Shown: piece by piece, positions 1 through 8,638 of the stretch
Layout: the number at the start of each line of letters is the position of its first letter
Position numbering within the stretch: the first letter of the stretch is position 1
Origin: an uncultured Candidatus Saccharibacteria bacterium
GTDB taxonomy: Bacteria; Patescibacteriota; Dojkabacteria; SC72
NCBI GenBank assembly: GCA_964585985.1
Contig: CAZPFV010000003.1
Span: 1-52,229, forward strand
Direction of reading: 5' to 3'
DNA: 52,229 bases
Notes under the pieces: model-generated
What the model saw: the letters and a program-made list of their open reading frames with translations, nothing else
Told to the model about the DNA's origin: nothing
Databases searched by the model: none
Position numbers and translations under genes: made by a program

Positions 1-2
1 AA

Positions 3-79
3 TGGCGGAATGGACGGGACTCGAACCCGCAACCTTCGCAGTGACAGTGCGATGCTCTAACCAGTTGAGCTACCACTCC
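3..79 (-). tRNA. tRNA-Asp (anticodon GTC), 3' CCA encoded
   Basis: The reverse complement folds as a cloverleaf. Acceptor GGAGTGG/CCATTCC, D-loop TAGCTCAACTGGTTAGAGC, anticodon stem-loop TCGCA-CTGTCAC-TGCGA, T-arm GGTTCGAGTCC, then GCCA. Confidence 0.9.
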
Positions 80-141
80 ATTTGCAGTAAAAAGTATATC
101 AAACAATATGAAAAATAACAATGGAGGAGGTGATAAAGTAG

Positions 142-696
142 CTAAAAATCACAATACATTCTTAAAGGAATAGTACTACTCAAACCTGGCATCTTAATCT
201 CTTTCTCATTAGAATTTGTAACAGCATCCTCAAGTTTAAGTACCAATCCATTTGGAGCAACTAAGGAGTGTAATTCAAATGTCCTGCAACCATCATCTTC
301 TAATCTTTTTAACCAGAACGCCTCACTGTAAGGCTTGCCATCTATGAAAACAATATTGAGATGTCCCTTTTGCCCTTCTTTGTTTATAAAGAATCCTCTG
401 GTCTCAAATATCTCTGTAGGATGTCGATGTATAGTGGTAATATTTCTCCTGTTACAGTTAGATTTATAATCCTCTTTCCAGCCGCACTTTACAGAATTTC
501 CAAGTATTAGAAAAACATTATTTTGGATTGTATTTATCTCTTTTGGGATTTGAGATTGAAATTCACCACCCAGTAGTGAAATATGCGGAAGGGATAAAAG
601 GGCTTCTCTAACATCAACAAACTCTTGGGGGAGAGCTTCAATATTTTTTCTATACTCTAACTCACATATCTGCTCACTTTCATGTGCGATCGTCAT
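142..696 (-). CDS. hypothetical protein (184 aa, soluble, no motif recognised)
   Basis: Long ORF with no competing frame. No family recognised by eye. Confidence 0.5.
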   Translation of the reverse strand: MTIAHESEQICELEYRKNIEALPQEFVDVREALLSLPHISLLGGEFQSQIPKEINTIQNNVFLILGNSVKCGWKEDYKSNCNRRNITTIHRHPTEIFETRGFFINKEGQKGHLNIVFIDGKPYSEAFWLKRLEDDGCRTFELHSLVAPNGLVLKLEDAVTNSNEKEIKMPGLSSTIPLRMYCDF

Positions 697-748
697 GTCT
701 GGTTAACTATAATTAGTTTAAGTAGTGGGCAGAAATGACAAAGGTATA

Positions 749-1066
749 TTATAAATGGGCCTCTATGCTCTTTACTAGTGCATCTTTAGGTTGCAGACCT
801 ATTAAAGTCTCTACAATCTCCCCATCCTTAAAAAGTATTATTGTAGGAATACTCATAACACCGTACTCTTGAGGATATTGTGTATTCTCGTCTACATTCA
901 TTTTCCCTATCTTTGCTTTCCCCTCCATTTCTTTTGCAATCTCTTCGATAGTAGGGGCTAACATTCTACAAGGGCCACACCATGGTGCCCAAAAATCAAC
1001 AAGGGCTAACCCTTTGTAATCTAGAACCTCTTCCTTGAAATTGTTGTCTGTTAACTGTATTTCCAT
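749..1066 (-). CDS. trxA: thioredoxin
   Basis: WAPWCGPCR active site and typical ~105-aa length when started at the internal ATG (MEIQLTDNNFKEEV). The longer ORF to 1168 overlaps the divergent tsaC start and is probably not used. Confidence 0.9.
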   Translation of the reverse strand: MEIQLTDNNFKEEVLDYKGLALVDFWAPWCGPCRMLAPTIEEIAKEMEGKAKIGKMNVDENTQYPQEYGVMSIPTIILFKDGEIVETLIGLQPKDALVKSIEAHL

Positions 1067-1109
1067 AATATGTATACTATTTAACTTATATTCAGGGTAT
1101 AATTGTACC

Positions 1110-2198
1110 ATGAAAAGGATCAAATTGACTAACAATAATGAGCAAGAGGTTATAAAGGAAGGGCTCAAGGTATTAAATGATGGAGGACTTCTAGTATATC
1201 CTACTGAGACATGTTACGGACTTGCGGTTGATGCTACAAACTCTCTAGCTTTACAAAAATTACTCGCATACAAAACATTTAGAGGATCTAAACCGATCTC
1301 GATTGCAGTAAGTGATATTGATATGGCAAAGAGATATGTTCAGTTGAATGAAATGGCCTTGAATGTATACAAAAACTATTTACCAGGACCAATTACCGTA
1401 ATTTCTAAGAGTATAGGGGTTCTTGAGCCTCCAGTACTCTCTAAACAGGGTAGTACGGGTGTACGAATACCTGATTACAAATTTACTCTTAAACTTATTA
1501 AAAAATTTGGAAGACCAATTACAGCTACATCTGCAAATGTATCATACAGACCTCATCCTTACAGTATAAATCAGTTAATTAAGGATTTACCTAAAAAGAG
1601 CGAATCCCTAATATCCCTGTATATTGATGATGGTGTATTACCTAAGAACTCTCCATCTACAATATTAGATACGACTTTAAATAATGTTACAGTCTTAAGA
1701 GAGGGTAAGGTGAAGTTTGAGAATGCCCTTTTAAAGAGTACTATGCTGGAAGAGAGAGTTACTGATACTCCTGAAGAGACTTCAAAATTTGGAGAGTGGT
1801 TTACAAAAGAGTATCTTAAGGGTATGAAGGCTACTGTTGTTGCATTAAGTGGTGAATTAGGATCTGGCAAAACACAGTTTACAAAAGGTATAGGGGAAGA
1901 GTTGGGTAGTAGAGATATTGTTAACTCACCTACATATACCATAATTAATGAATATAAGTATGGTGATAATATTCTCGCCCATATGGATACATGGAGAGTA
2001 AATGATGGTGAGGAATTTAGCAGATCAGGTTTAATGGAGCATCTGCAAAAGGGTAGAATTGTAGTGATAGAGTGGGCGGACAAATTCTATCAAGAGATAG
2101 AGAGTATCTGTTCTAAAAAAAATATCCCTATGTACAAGATATCCTTTGAATATATTTCATTAGAGAAGAGAAAGATTACAATATATGGAACTAATTAA
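1110..2198 (+). CDS. tsaC/tsaE: fusion protein: L-threonylcarbamoyladenylate synthase (TsaC/YrdC domain) + t6A ATPase TsaE
   Basis: N-terminal YrdC-type motifs (LVYPTETCYGLAVDA, GVRIP, PITATSAN, PSTILD). C-terminal TsaE motifs (ALSGELGSGKTQFTKG, NSPTYTIINEY, IEWADK). Start set at ATG 1110 (MKRIKL), not at the ORF-track start 1035. Confidence 0.85.
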   Translation: MKRIKLTNNNEQEVIKEGLKVLNDGGLLVYPTETCYGLAVDATNSLALQKLLAYKTFRGSKPISIAVSDIDMAKRYVQLNEMALNVYKNYLPGPITVISKSIGVLEPPVLSKQGSTGVRIPDYKFTLKLIKKFGRPITATSANVSYRPHPYSINQLIKDLPKKSESLISLYIDDGVLPKNSPSTILDTTLNNVTVLREGKVKFENALLKSTMLEERVTDTPEETSKFGEWFTKEYLKGMKATVVALSGELGSGKTQFTKGIGEELGSRDIVNSPTYTIINEYKYGDNILAHMDTWRVNDGEEFSRSGLMEHLQKGRIVVIEWADKFYQEIESICSKKNIPMYKISFEYISLEKRKITIYGTN

Positions 2199-3273
2199 AG
2201 AAATCTCAAAACAGAAACCATTAATACTAGGAATAGATACGAGTTGTGACGATACCTCTGTGGCACTTCTTCGTGGTAGAGAGGTAATATCCTCAGAGCT
2301 TTCCTCTCAGACAGAGCTACATTCAGAGTTTGGAGGTGTTGTACCAAATTTGGCGAAAAGATTACATGAGGAAAATATAGAGGAAGTATATAACAGGGCG
2401 TTGAACAATAATCCTGGAATGATTAACAATGTCGATTATATTGCTGTAACCACAGGACCAGGTCTTGCAATAGATTTGGAAGTTGGTATTGAATATGCAA
2501 AAAAACTTTCTCTAACATACAACAAGCCACTGATTCCTGCTAACCATATGGAAGGACATATGTTTTCATCTCTACTTCTTAATTCTAAGGGTAACGGTTT
2601 AGTTAATGATGAGCAATTAGTAGAAGCATTCCCTGCATTAGCCTTACTTATGTCAGGTAAACATACAGAGATTATATATATTGATGAAATTGGTAAATAC
2701 AAAAAGCTAGGACAGACATTAGATGATGCTGCAGGGGAGGCGTTTGATAAGGTGGGTAGAATACTTAATTTTGGATATCCTGGAGGTCCAGTTGTCTCTG
2801 AGTTTGCTAAAAAAGGGAAGAGTGGGAATATTACATTTACTACTCCTATGAAAAATTCTAAGGACTTAAATTTTAGTTACTCAGGTCTTAAAACAGCGGC
2901 ACTCTATAAATCTAAAGAGTTAAGAGAGAAGGGAGTAGCTGAGAGGGTATGGGTATATGATTTCTGTAGAGGTTTTGTAGATGCAGTTATAGATTCTGTA
3001 GTTATTAAACTTAAACTAGCTATTGAAAAGTATCCTGAAATTAAATCTGTATTTGTTGGAGGAGGGGTGTTTAATAATGAGGAAATTTTAAGGAGTGTAG
3101 GTAGGGTATCTAAAAGTTATAGCTTAAACTATTACTATCCTGAAATTGAGTATAGGAGTGACAATGCTGCTATGATTGCTCTTGCAGGGTATTTGAATGT
3201 ATTACAAGATAAATACTTGATAAAAACGGAAGAGATAGAGAGTGTCGATAGAGATCCTAGATTATCTTTGTAA
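2185..3273 (+). CDS. tsaD: tRNA N6-adenosine threonylcarbamoyltransferase TsaD (Kae1/Gcp family)
   Basis: ILGIDTSCDDTSVAL, TGPGLA, NHMEGH, GYPGGP and GGGVFNN motifs. Overlaps the upstream fusion gene by 14 nt. Confidence 0.9.
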   Translation: MELIKEISKQKPLILGIDTSCDDTSVALLRGREVISSELSSQTELHSEFGGVVPNLAKRLHEENIEEVYNRALNNNPGMINNVDYIAVTTGPGLAIDLEVGIEYAKKLSLTYNKPLIPANHMEGHMFSSLLLNSKGNGLVNDEQLVEAFPALALLMSGKHTEIIYIDEIGKYKKLGQTLDDAAGEAFDKVGRILNFGYPGGPVVSEFAKKGKSGNITFTTPMKNSKDLNFSYSGLKTAALYKSKELREKGVAERVWVYDFCRGFVDAVIDSVVIKLKLAIEKYPEIKSVFVGGGVFNNEEILRSVGRVSKSYSLNYYYPEIEYRSDNAAMIALAGYLNVLQDKYLIKTEEIESVDRDPRLSL

Positions 3274-4533
3274 CCTATCTTCTATATCTAGTAACCTGTT
3301 GTATTTTGCTAATCTTTCTCCTCTTGTTGGAGCACCAAATTTGGATTGCTGTGCAGGAGTGCCTACGACTAAATCTGCAATGAAATTATCATTGGTTTCC
3401 CCACTTCTATGGGAGATTACAGCATTCATTCCTTTATCAATGGTTAATCTGATTGCGTCTAATGTTTCAGATACAGTCCCTATCTGGTTTAATTTAATCA
3501 AAACAGCATTCATAGATTTATGATTGAAACCTTTCATTATTAGTTTTGTATTTGTAGTAAGAAGGTCATCACCTACAATTTGTAATTTAGTACCTAATTG
3601 TGTATTAACCACTGCCCAATCATCCCATGCATCCTCATACATTGGGTCCTCTATAGAAAACATTGGGTATTGAGAGTACCACTCTTTCTGCAATTCAAGC
3701 CAATCGAGGCTATCCATGGATCTATTCTCTCTTACTAATTCATAGCTCTTGCTCTCTTGATTGTAGAATTCCGATGCAGCTATATCTATAGCGATTTCAA
3801 ATTTGTCGTAATATCCACCCATTTCTATGCCTTCTACTAAGATATCCAGTGCCTCACTGTTTGATTTAAACTCTTTAGGTGCAAATGCCCCCTCATAGCC
3901 TACACCAACGGAGTATTCCTTCTTGTCTAGAATGTCATGGATGCTATAAAAAATTTCAGTAGATGCTCGCAGTGTCTCATTAAAACTGGGGAATGCTCCT
4001 AATTTGGGAACTACCATATACTCTTGTATATCAGTAGACCAGTTACCGTGCTTCCCTCCCTCTAAGAGTAATATCTGTGGTCTTGGCATTTTAAACTTAT
4101 CCATTGAGTAATCTTTATCCCAATATATCATTCCAATGTACTCATATAGCTCTAGTCCTACTCTTTGAGATACTGCTCTACAGAATGCCATAGAGCATGA
4201 AAGTATTGCGTTCCCACCAAGCTTAGATTTGTTTTCAGTACCATCAAGCGAAATTAAGAAATCGTCGAACTCTTTTTGACTTTCAAACTCTTTATCAATA
4301 ACTGCCTGTTTAATAATGGTGTTTACATTCTCAACAGCTTTTAAAACTCCCTTTCCCATATATCTGTTTTTATCCCCATCTCTTAATTCAAGAACCTCTT
4401 TGCTACCAGTAGATGCTCCAGAGGGGACATCTCCTTTTGCCTTATCTCCACTCCATAGCTCTATTTCTGTTGATACTGTTGGGATTCCTCTCGAATCTAA
4501 AATTTCTGTTGCTTTAATGTCTTTAATTTTCAT
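3262..4533 (-). CDS. eno: enolase (phosphopyruvate hydratase)
   Basis: ILDSRGIPTV, SGASTG, KLNQIGTVSET, SHRSGET and AKYN motifs over the full 423 aa. Confidence 0.95.
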   Translation of the reverse strand: MKIKDIKATEILDSRGIPTVSTEIELWSGDKAKGDVPSGASTGSKEVLELRDGDKNRYMGKGVLKAVENVNTIIKQAVIDKEFESQKEFDDFLISLDGTENKSKLGGNAILSCSMAFCRAVSQRVGLELYEYIGMIYWDKDYSMDKFKMPRPQILLLEGGKHGNWSTDIQEYMVVPKLGAFPSFNETLRASTEIFYSIHDILDKKEYSVGVGYEGAFAPKEFKSNSEALDILVEGIEMGGYYDKFEIAIDIAASEFYNQESKSYELVRENRSMDSLDWLELQKEWYSQYPMFSIEDPMYEDAWDDWAVVNTQLGTKLQIVGDDLLTTNTKLIMKGFNHKSMNAVLIKLNQIGTVSETLDAIRLTIDKGMNAVISHRSGETNDNFIADLVVGTPAQQSKFGAPTRGERLAKYNRLLDIEDRLQR

Positions 4534-4723
4534 ATATATGAGTGAGTAAATTATTTATTGATTTTGTCATAAAGGAGAAAAGAGAGCAAGTTTGGTAGAT
4601 GTATTCCTATTACTCCTTTATACCAAAAAGTGTTGTTGATAACTATGCAAAAGTTGATTTGGAAAAAGGGATGCCACATCGCTAGGTACCAAAATTACTA
4701 TTAATTTGCTAAAATATATATAT

Positions 4724-4810
4724 GCCGAGGTGGTGAAATTGGCAGACACGCTACCTTGAGGTGGTAGTGGGACTTATACTCTCGTGCAGGTTCAACTCCT
4801 GTCCTCGGCA
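4724..4810 (+). tRNA. tRNA-Leu (anticodon GAG), class II with long variable arm
   Basis: GCCGAGG/CCTCGGC acceptor, anticodon stem-loop CTACC-TTGAGGT-GGTAG, long extra arm, GGTTCAACTCC T-arm, discriminator A. No encoded CCA. Confidence 0.88.
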
Positions 4811-4836
4811 TTTCTTACTTATTACTATTTACTGCC

Positions 4837-5202
4837 ATGGGTATGGGAAGAGAAAGGAAGTATATGCCAATTCTATTCTTTTTTATTTTTGCTATGTTTG
4901 TACTCGGTCTCGTTAAAATGTTTGACAGTATTAAACCTACTGCAAAGGTACTCTCATATAGGGAGAGTATGTGTAATGAGATGTTTATCTCGCAGGCGAT
5001 TCATTTGGCCCAAAATAGTAACTGTATGGAAAATGGGACATTAAATGTATATGAGTATGAGTGTAATGAGGATCTTGGTAGGATATCTTTTCCAATGGAT
5101 TTGGAAGTTGAGCAACAGAAAGGTAGTAGAGCTATGTGTCATGTATTCACAAGCTCAGGTAATACTAATTTCCAATGGGTGAATGATTCAGAGGTGGAAT
5201 AG
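4837..5202 (+). CDS. hypothetical small secreted/membrane-anchored protein (Cys-containing)
   Basis: N-terminal hydrophobic helix (ILFFFIFAMFVLGLV) followed by a ~85-aa soluble part. The start could be the internal ATG at 4864. Confidence 0.45.
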   Translation: MGMGRERKYMPILFFFIFAMFVLGLVKMFDSIKPTAKVLSYRESMCNEMFISQAIHLAQNSNCMENGTLNVYEYECNEDLGRISFPMDLEVEQQKGSRAMCHVFTSSGNTNFQWVNDSEVE

Positions 5203-5235
5203 TGGGGGGATTTTTGTTAAAATACTGCTCATCTA

Positions 5236-5309
5236 GGGCGATTAGCTCAGCTGGCTAGAGCACTTCGTTTACACCGAAGGGGTCATAGGTTCGAATCCTA
5301 TATCGCCCA
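5236..5309 (+). tRNA. tRNA-Val (anticodon TAC)
   Basis: GGGCGAT/ATCGCCC acceptor, TAGCTCAGCTGGCTAGAGC D-arm, anticodon stem-loop CTTCG-TTTACAC-CGAAG, GGTTCGAATCC T-arm. Confidence 0.9.
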
Positions 5310-5312
5310 TTT

Positions 5313-6014
5313 CTATCTTTTGATAACGTAATTTCTGATACTACCAATTTCTATCCCGTATTCTTCGTATAATCGGGATTTTATATATTTAAGAAAATCC
5401 TCCCTATTTAACGATACAATACTCCAGTCCTCTATGGAGGTTAAATTGTAAGCTTCGTACTCTTCTTCAGTTGCGAACTTCCCAAGGTAATGGATTAGTG
5501 CATCTATTCTAGGTTTCGGGATTTTTTCATCTACCCATTTAGTACTATCTTCATCAGACATCAACGAAATATCTTCTTTAGTAACACCAGGTATTTGTTT
5601 AAAAAGATTCGTAAATATTGGGACTTTAGTATGATGAGAGTTGACTAACTCTCTCACATTCTTTAATACATTTTGACTATTAAAAATAAAGGTGTCATTT
5701 TCGCTTCTGTTAGTTGAAATAACAGCCTTGCCATCTGTAATTTCCATTAATCTGTTATACGCTTTTTTACATCTTTGGGATATTTCAGGTTTAGCAAAAT
5801 GACTCCCAAATGGTAATTTAACAAGATTGTCTTTAAAGAGGACACCATCAACATCTGTAAGGCAGATATTAAAGGCTTTATTATTAAAAATGCCATCTTT
5901 TTCTATTTCATCTACCGCAGCGGTAAAGCTATTAACATAGATCTCTACATACTTAGGTTCTTCTTCTGTTGTTTGTTCAATTTCTTGAAACATAGGCATC
6001 TCTGTATTTCCCAT
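5313..6014 (-). CDS. hypothetical protein, possibly HAD-superfamily hydrolase-like
   Basis: CLTDVDGVLFKD resembles HAD motif I (DxDG[V/T]). The rest is not recognisable. Sits between the two tRNA-Val genes. Confidence 0.4.
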   Translation of the reverse strand: MGNTEMPMFQEIEQTTEEEPKYVEIYVNSFTAAVDEIEKDGIFNNKAFNICLTDVDGVLFKDNLVKLPFGSHFAKPEISQRCKKAYNRLMEITDGKAVISTNRSENDTFIFNSQNVLKNVRELVNSHHTKVPIFTNLFKQIPGVTKEDISLMSDEDSTKWVDEKIPKPRIDALIHYLGKFATEEEYEAYNLTSIEDWSIVSLNREDFLKYIKSRLYEEYGIEIGSIRNYVIKR

Positions 6015-6103
6015 AGTAACAAAGAATAATATACTAAATTATAGAAATTGTCTAAAGCATGAAATTATAATATACTAAATTAGTAATTTGTGAAATCTTT
6101 TTT

Positions 6104-6313
6104 ATGGATTTGATGAAATATGTTATTGTGGCAGGAATAAGCTTAGTAATAGCTGTTATTGCAGGATTTATGGGTAATTGGGTATCAGCTGTTCTAATCT
6201 TTATACTACTCTTTGGTAGCTATATTATGTGGAATGTTGCTAGAGGTATTAAAGATGACCCGAAAGAGGTTACACAGACTCCCCCCTTAGATACTCCTAG
6301 GCAGGACAATTAG
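6104..6313 (+). CDS. hypothetical small membrane protein (69 aa, two TM helices)
   Basis: Two hydrophobic helices. The last 10 nt overlap the start of the downstream tRNA-Val, so the call is tentative. Confidence 0.35.
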   Translation: MDLMKYVIVAGISLVIAVIAGFMGNWVSAVLIFILLFGSYIMWNVARGIKDDPKEVTQTPPLDTPRQDN

Positions 6314-6377
6314 CTCAGTTGGTTAGAGCACTACATTCACATTGTAGGGGTCAGTAGTTCGAGTCTACTATTGTCCA
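6304..6377 (+). tRNA. tRNA-Val (anticodon CAC)
   Basis: GGACAAT/ATTGTCC acceptor, TAGCTCAGTTGGTTAGAGC D-arm, anticodon stem-loop CTACA-TTCACAT-TGTAG, AGTTCGAGTCT T-arm. Confidence 0.88.
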
Positions 6378-6451
6378 TATTTTCTCCCTCTCCCTATTGT
6401 GATATTTCTCCTTAGTGGTACACTAGAGTATATAATATTGTATATTACAGT

Positions 6452-6889
6452 ATGAAAAGTACTAAGAGTAAAGTAGTTTCAATGATTGAAGATATAAATA
6501 GGGATGAGAAGAAGAAAACCAATCTTCTTTTTTTTATTCTCTTCTTACTTCTTTTTAGTTTTGGAGCATACTCTTTCATCTTCAAAAAGAATGAGCCACA
6601 GCCTCAAGCAGAGAAATACTGTTTAGTTGAGGGTGTTAAATACAATGTAGGAGATGAATTTACCATTGATTGTAATAGCTGTGTATGTACTGCTACTGGG
6701 CAATCGTGTACATTTAATATCTGTGGAATAGAGTGTGTAGATAGTGATAGTCAGTGTAAAGACCAAGATGAGGGGTCGATATGTACTTTGGGTGTATGGT
6801 GTGATCAAGAGGGTAAGATATGTGGTGGTGAAACTTGCGAAGGAATGGGTTTAGGTATCTGTATCAAAGGAAAGTGTGTTGGAGAGTAA
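6452..6889 (+). CDS. membrane-anchored/secreted cysteine-rich protein (14 Cys in the last ~90 aa)
   Basis: N-terminal TM/signal anchor (LLFFILFLLLFSFGAYSFIF). It is followed by C-x16-CNSCVC-x3-G-x2-CT-x3-C and eight further Cys. Confidence 0.6.
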   Translation: MKSTKSKVVSMIEDINRDEKKKTNLLFFILFLLLFSFGAYSFIFKKNEPQPQAEKYCLVEGVKYNVGDEFTIDCNSCVCTATGQSCTFNICGIECVDSDSQCKDQDEGSICTLGVWCDQEGKICGGETCEGMGLGICIKGKCVGE

Positions 6890-6911
6890 GCCATCTAATA
6901 CACAAAATTTG

Positions 6912-7379
6912 CTACTTGAGATTACTTGTGCAGTTAGGGCATTTCTGGGCCTTAATATTAATTTCAGACATACAGTAAGGACATTTTTTAGTACTCTTCT
7001 CTACCTTTTTCACCTCTTTTTCCGTTGCTTTAGTAACCGCTTTACTTACAAAGTAGAGGACTAATGCTGTAATTAGAAATGAAATTAGAGCGTTAAGTAC
7101 AACTCCATACTGTACAACTACTGCATTGTTTGCTTGTGCTTCTGCTAATGTTTTGTACTGATCTTTACCTAATGTAAAGAATAGTTCAGAGAAATCTATC
7201 CTTGCAGTCAGAAATCCGATAGGGGGTGTAAATACATTATTTACTAATGCATCTATAAGGGTTTTCAAGGAGGATCCAATGATTACACCAATAGCTAGTG
7301 ATATTACATTGCCTGTTAGTGCAAAGGATTTAAAATCTTCCAATCCCTGTTTAAACTTTGATGTTTTTTTTGTTGCCAT
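6912..7379 (-). CDS. mscL: large-conductance mechanosensitive channel MscL with C-terminal CxxC-x10-CxxC zinc-ribbon extension
   Basis: FKSFALTGNVISLAIGVIIGSSL...VNNVFTPPIG is the typical MscL N-terminus/TM1, and TM2 is present. C-terminus is KKCPYCMSEINIKAQKCPNC. Confidence 0.85.
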   Translation of the reverse strand: MATKKTSKFKQGLEDFKSFALTGNVISLAIGVIIGSSLKTLIDALVNNVFTPPIGFLTARIDFSELFFTLGKDQYKTLAEAQANNAVVVQYGVVLNALISFLITALVLYFVSKAVTKATEKEVKKVEKSTKKCPYCMSEINIKAQKCPNCTSNLK

Positions 7380-8592
7380 TTCGTTTCAAAATTTTAAAAA
7401 TTAAAATAATGAGTACAAAAAGAAAAAGTACTCCATATATAATAACCTGATTTACAAACGCATCCTGCAGAGTTATATTCCTCATATTATACAGAACTAC
7501 CTGTAGTATTGAAACAGGTATTAGGATGAAGAGGTGGAAGAAGGAGTCATTAACTAATTCTGATGTTATAACCATGTATGATATTGCATAAGCAATCATT
7601 ACTAAGGAGTACGGTACAACATACGGGATAATGTCTAGGTACATTCCTGAGAATACAAAATTTACAATATCTTCTTTTAAGAGGAAGTAAAAAAGACATA
7701 TTACAAATCCAATAGCTGTTGATACAGCAAGCGATATTAGTAAACTTTTATTCCGTTTCTCCTCTTTAGTATTCGAAAGCTTTGATATCATTACATTTGC
7801 AATTGTCACAGATGCGTAATATACGATTTTCCCAATTAAAGAGAGAGCTCCATATGATGCCCTTATATTTGGATTAACAAGTATTAAGTCGAGAGTAAAG
7901 GGAATATTTAAAAGGAAGAAGGTTAGAAAAATTAAAGAGATCTGCTTGTAATCTAGCTTCAATGATTTTGATAGCTCTCTATCACTCTTTGTTTTAATTA
8001 GGGGTAAAACAATTATAGTAGAGAGTAACATTGGTAAAGAGAAGGCAAAAACTGTAATGGATAGTTCAGAGCTTGTTCGCAAGGCAATGAACCCCATTAA
8101 AAATTTTAATAGAGTTTCTCCAAGTAATACGAGATTAAAGGTTAGGATTTTTTCTAATCCTAAGAGGAAGCCCTTTGCAACAGGGCTAACAATTGAAACA
8201 AATACTACCAAGGCAAGAGCAGGTATATGAGAGATGGAAATATTGGCAATATTCGCTATTTGTTTTCCAAATATTAGAAAGAGTAATGAGAATAGTATTC
8301 CAATCCCTGCTAATTGTAGGGTACTTTTCTTTTTGAATTTGTCTAAATTGAAATCTCTTTTAGTAGCAACTTTCTTAGTGATTGCAGTCTGTATTGCTAT
8401 AGTAGGGATCTGTATCAAGGTAGCTATTCCCAAAGCTGCGTTGTAAAAGCCGAAGTCTACGATAGTGAGATTTCTAGCTAGATATATGTTAAAGAGGTAG
8501 TTTAAGAAGTGAACAACACCCCCTATCACTAATGTAATAAAGATGTGCTTAAGAAACGTTTTATTTTGTGTAATATGTTTACTTAGATTCAT
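7351..8592 (-). CDS. polytopic membrane protein, oligosaccharide/lipid-linked flippase-like (Wzx/MurJ-type MOP superfamily)
   Basis: About 12 predicted TM helices of typical flippase size and layout. Start set at ATG 8592 (MNLSKH). The ORF-track start 8637 would sit 1 nt from the rmuC start. The 3' end overlaps mscL by 29 nt. Confidence 0.55.
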   Translation of the reverse strand: MNLSKHITQNKTFLKHIFITLVIGGVVHFLNYLFNIYLARNLTIVDFGFYNAALGIATLIQIPTIAIQTAITKKVATKRDFNLDKFKKKSTLQLAGIGILFSLLFLIFGKQIANIANISISHIPALALVVFVSIVSPVAKGFLLGLEKILTFNLVLLGETLLKFLMGFIALRTSSELSITVFAFSLPMLLSTIIVLPLIKTKSDRELSKSLKLDYKQISLIFLTFFLLNIPFTLDLILVNPNIRASYGALSLIGKIVYYASVTIANVMISKLSNTKEEKRNKSLLISLAVSTAIGFVICLFYFLLKEDIVNFVFSGMYLDIIPYVVPYSLVMIAYAISYMVITSELVNDSFFHLFILIPVSILQVVLYNMRNITLQDAFVNQVIIYGVLFLFVLIILIFKILKRNGNKKNIKV

Positions 8593-8638
8593 AATGTATA
8601 ATAGATGAGAATACACTAATTTTAGATATTTTACCATT

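Noticed and set aside
1571-2083. Antisense or overlapping ORFs inside long conserved genes. Examples: 1571-2083, 2436-2702, 3242-3523, 4316-4549, 8234-8446, 9919-10260, 11183-11455, 11999-12280, 14994-15362, 24005-24202, 25190-25429, 26383-26833, 28358-28678, 34903-35115, 39571-39762, 40597-41002, 46318-46749, 46946-47233, 48187-48552, 50909-51172.
   Set aside because: Each lies inside, and opposite to or out of frame with, a gene that has strong family motifs. Their peptides are low-complexity (Ser/Leu/Ile/Phe-rich), as expected for AT-rich antisense frames.
4569-4621. 9-bp inverted repeat ATAAAGGAG...CTCCTTTAT in the eno/tRNA-Leu intergenic region
   Set aside because: The 35-nt loop and the lack of a flanking T tract on either strand make it too weak to call a terminator or riboswitch. 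It might be a 5'-UTR hairpin of eno.
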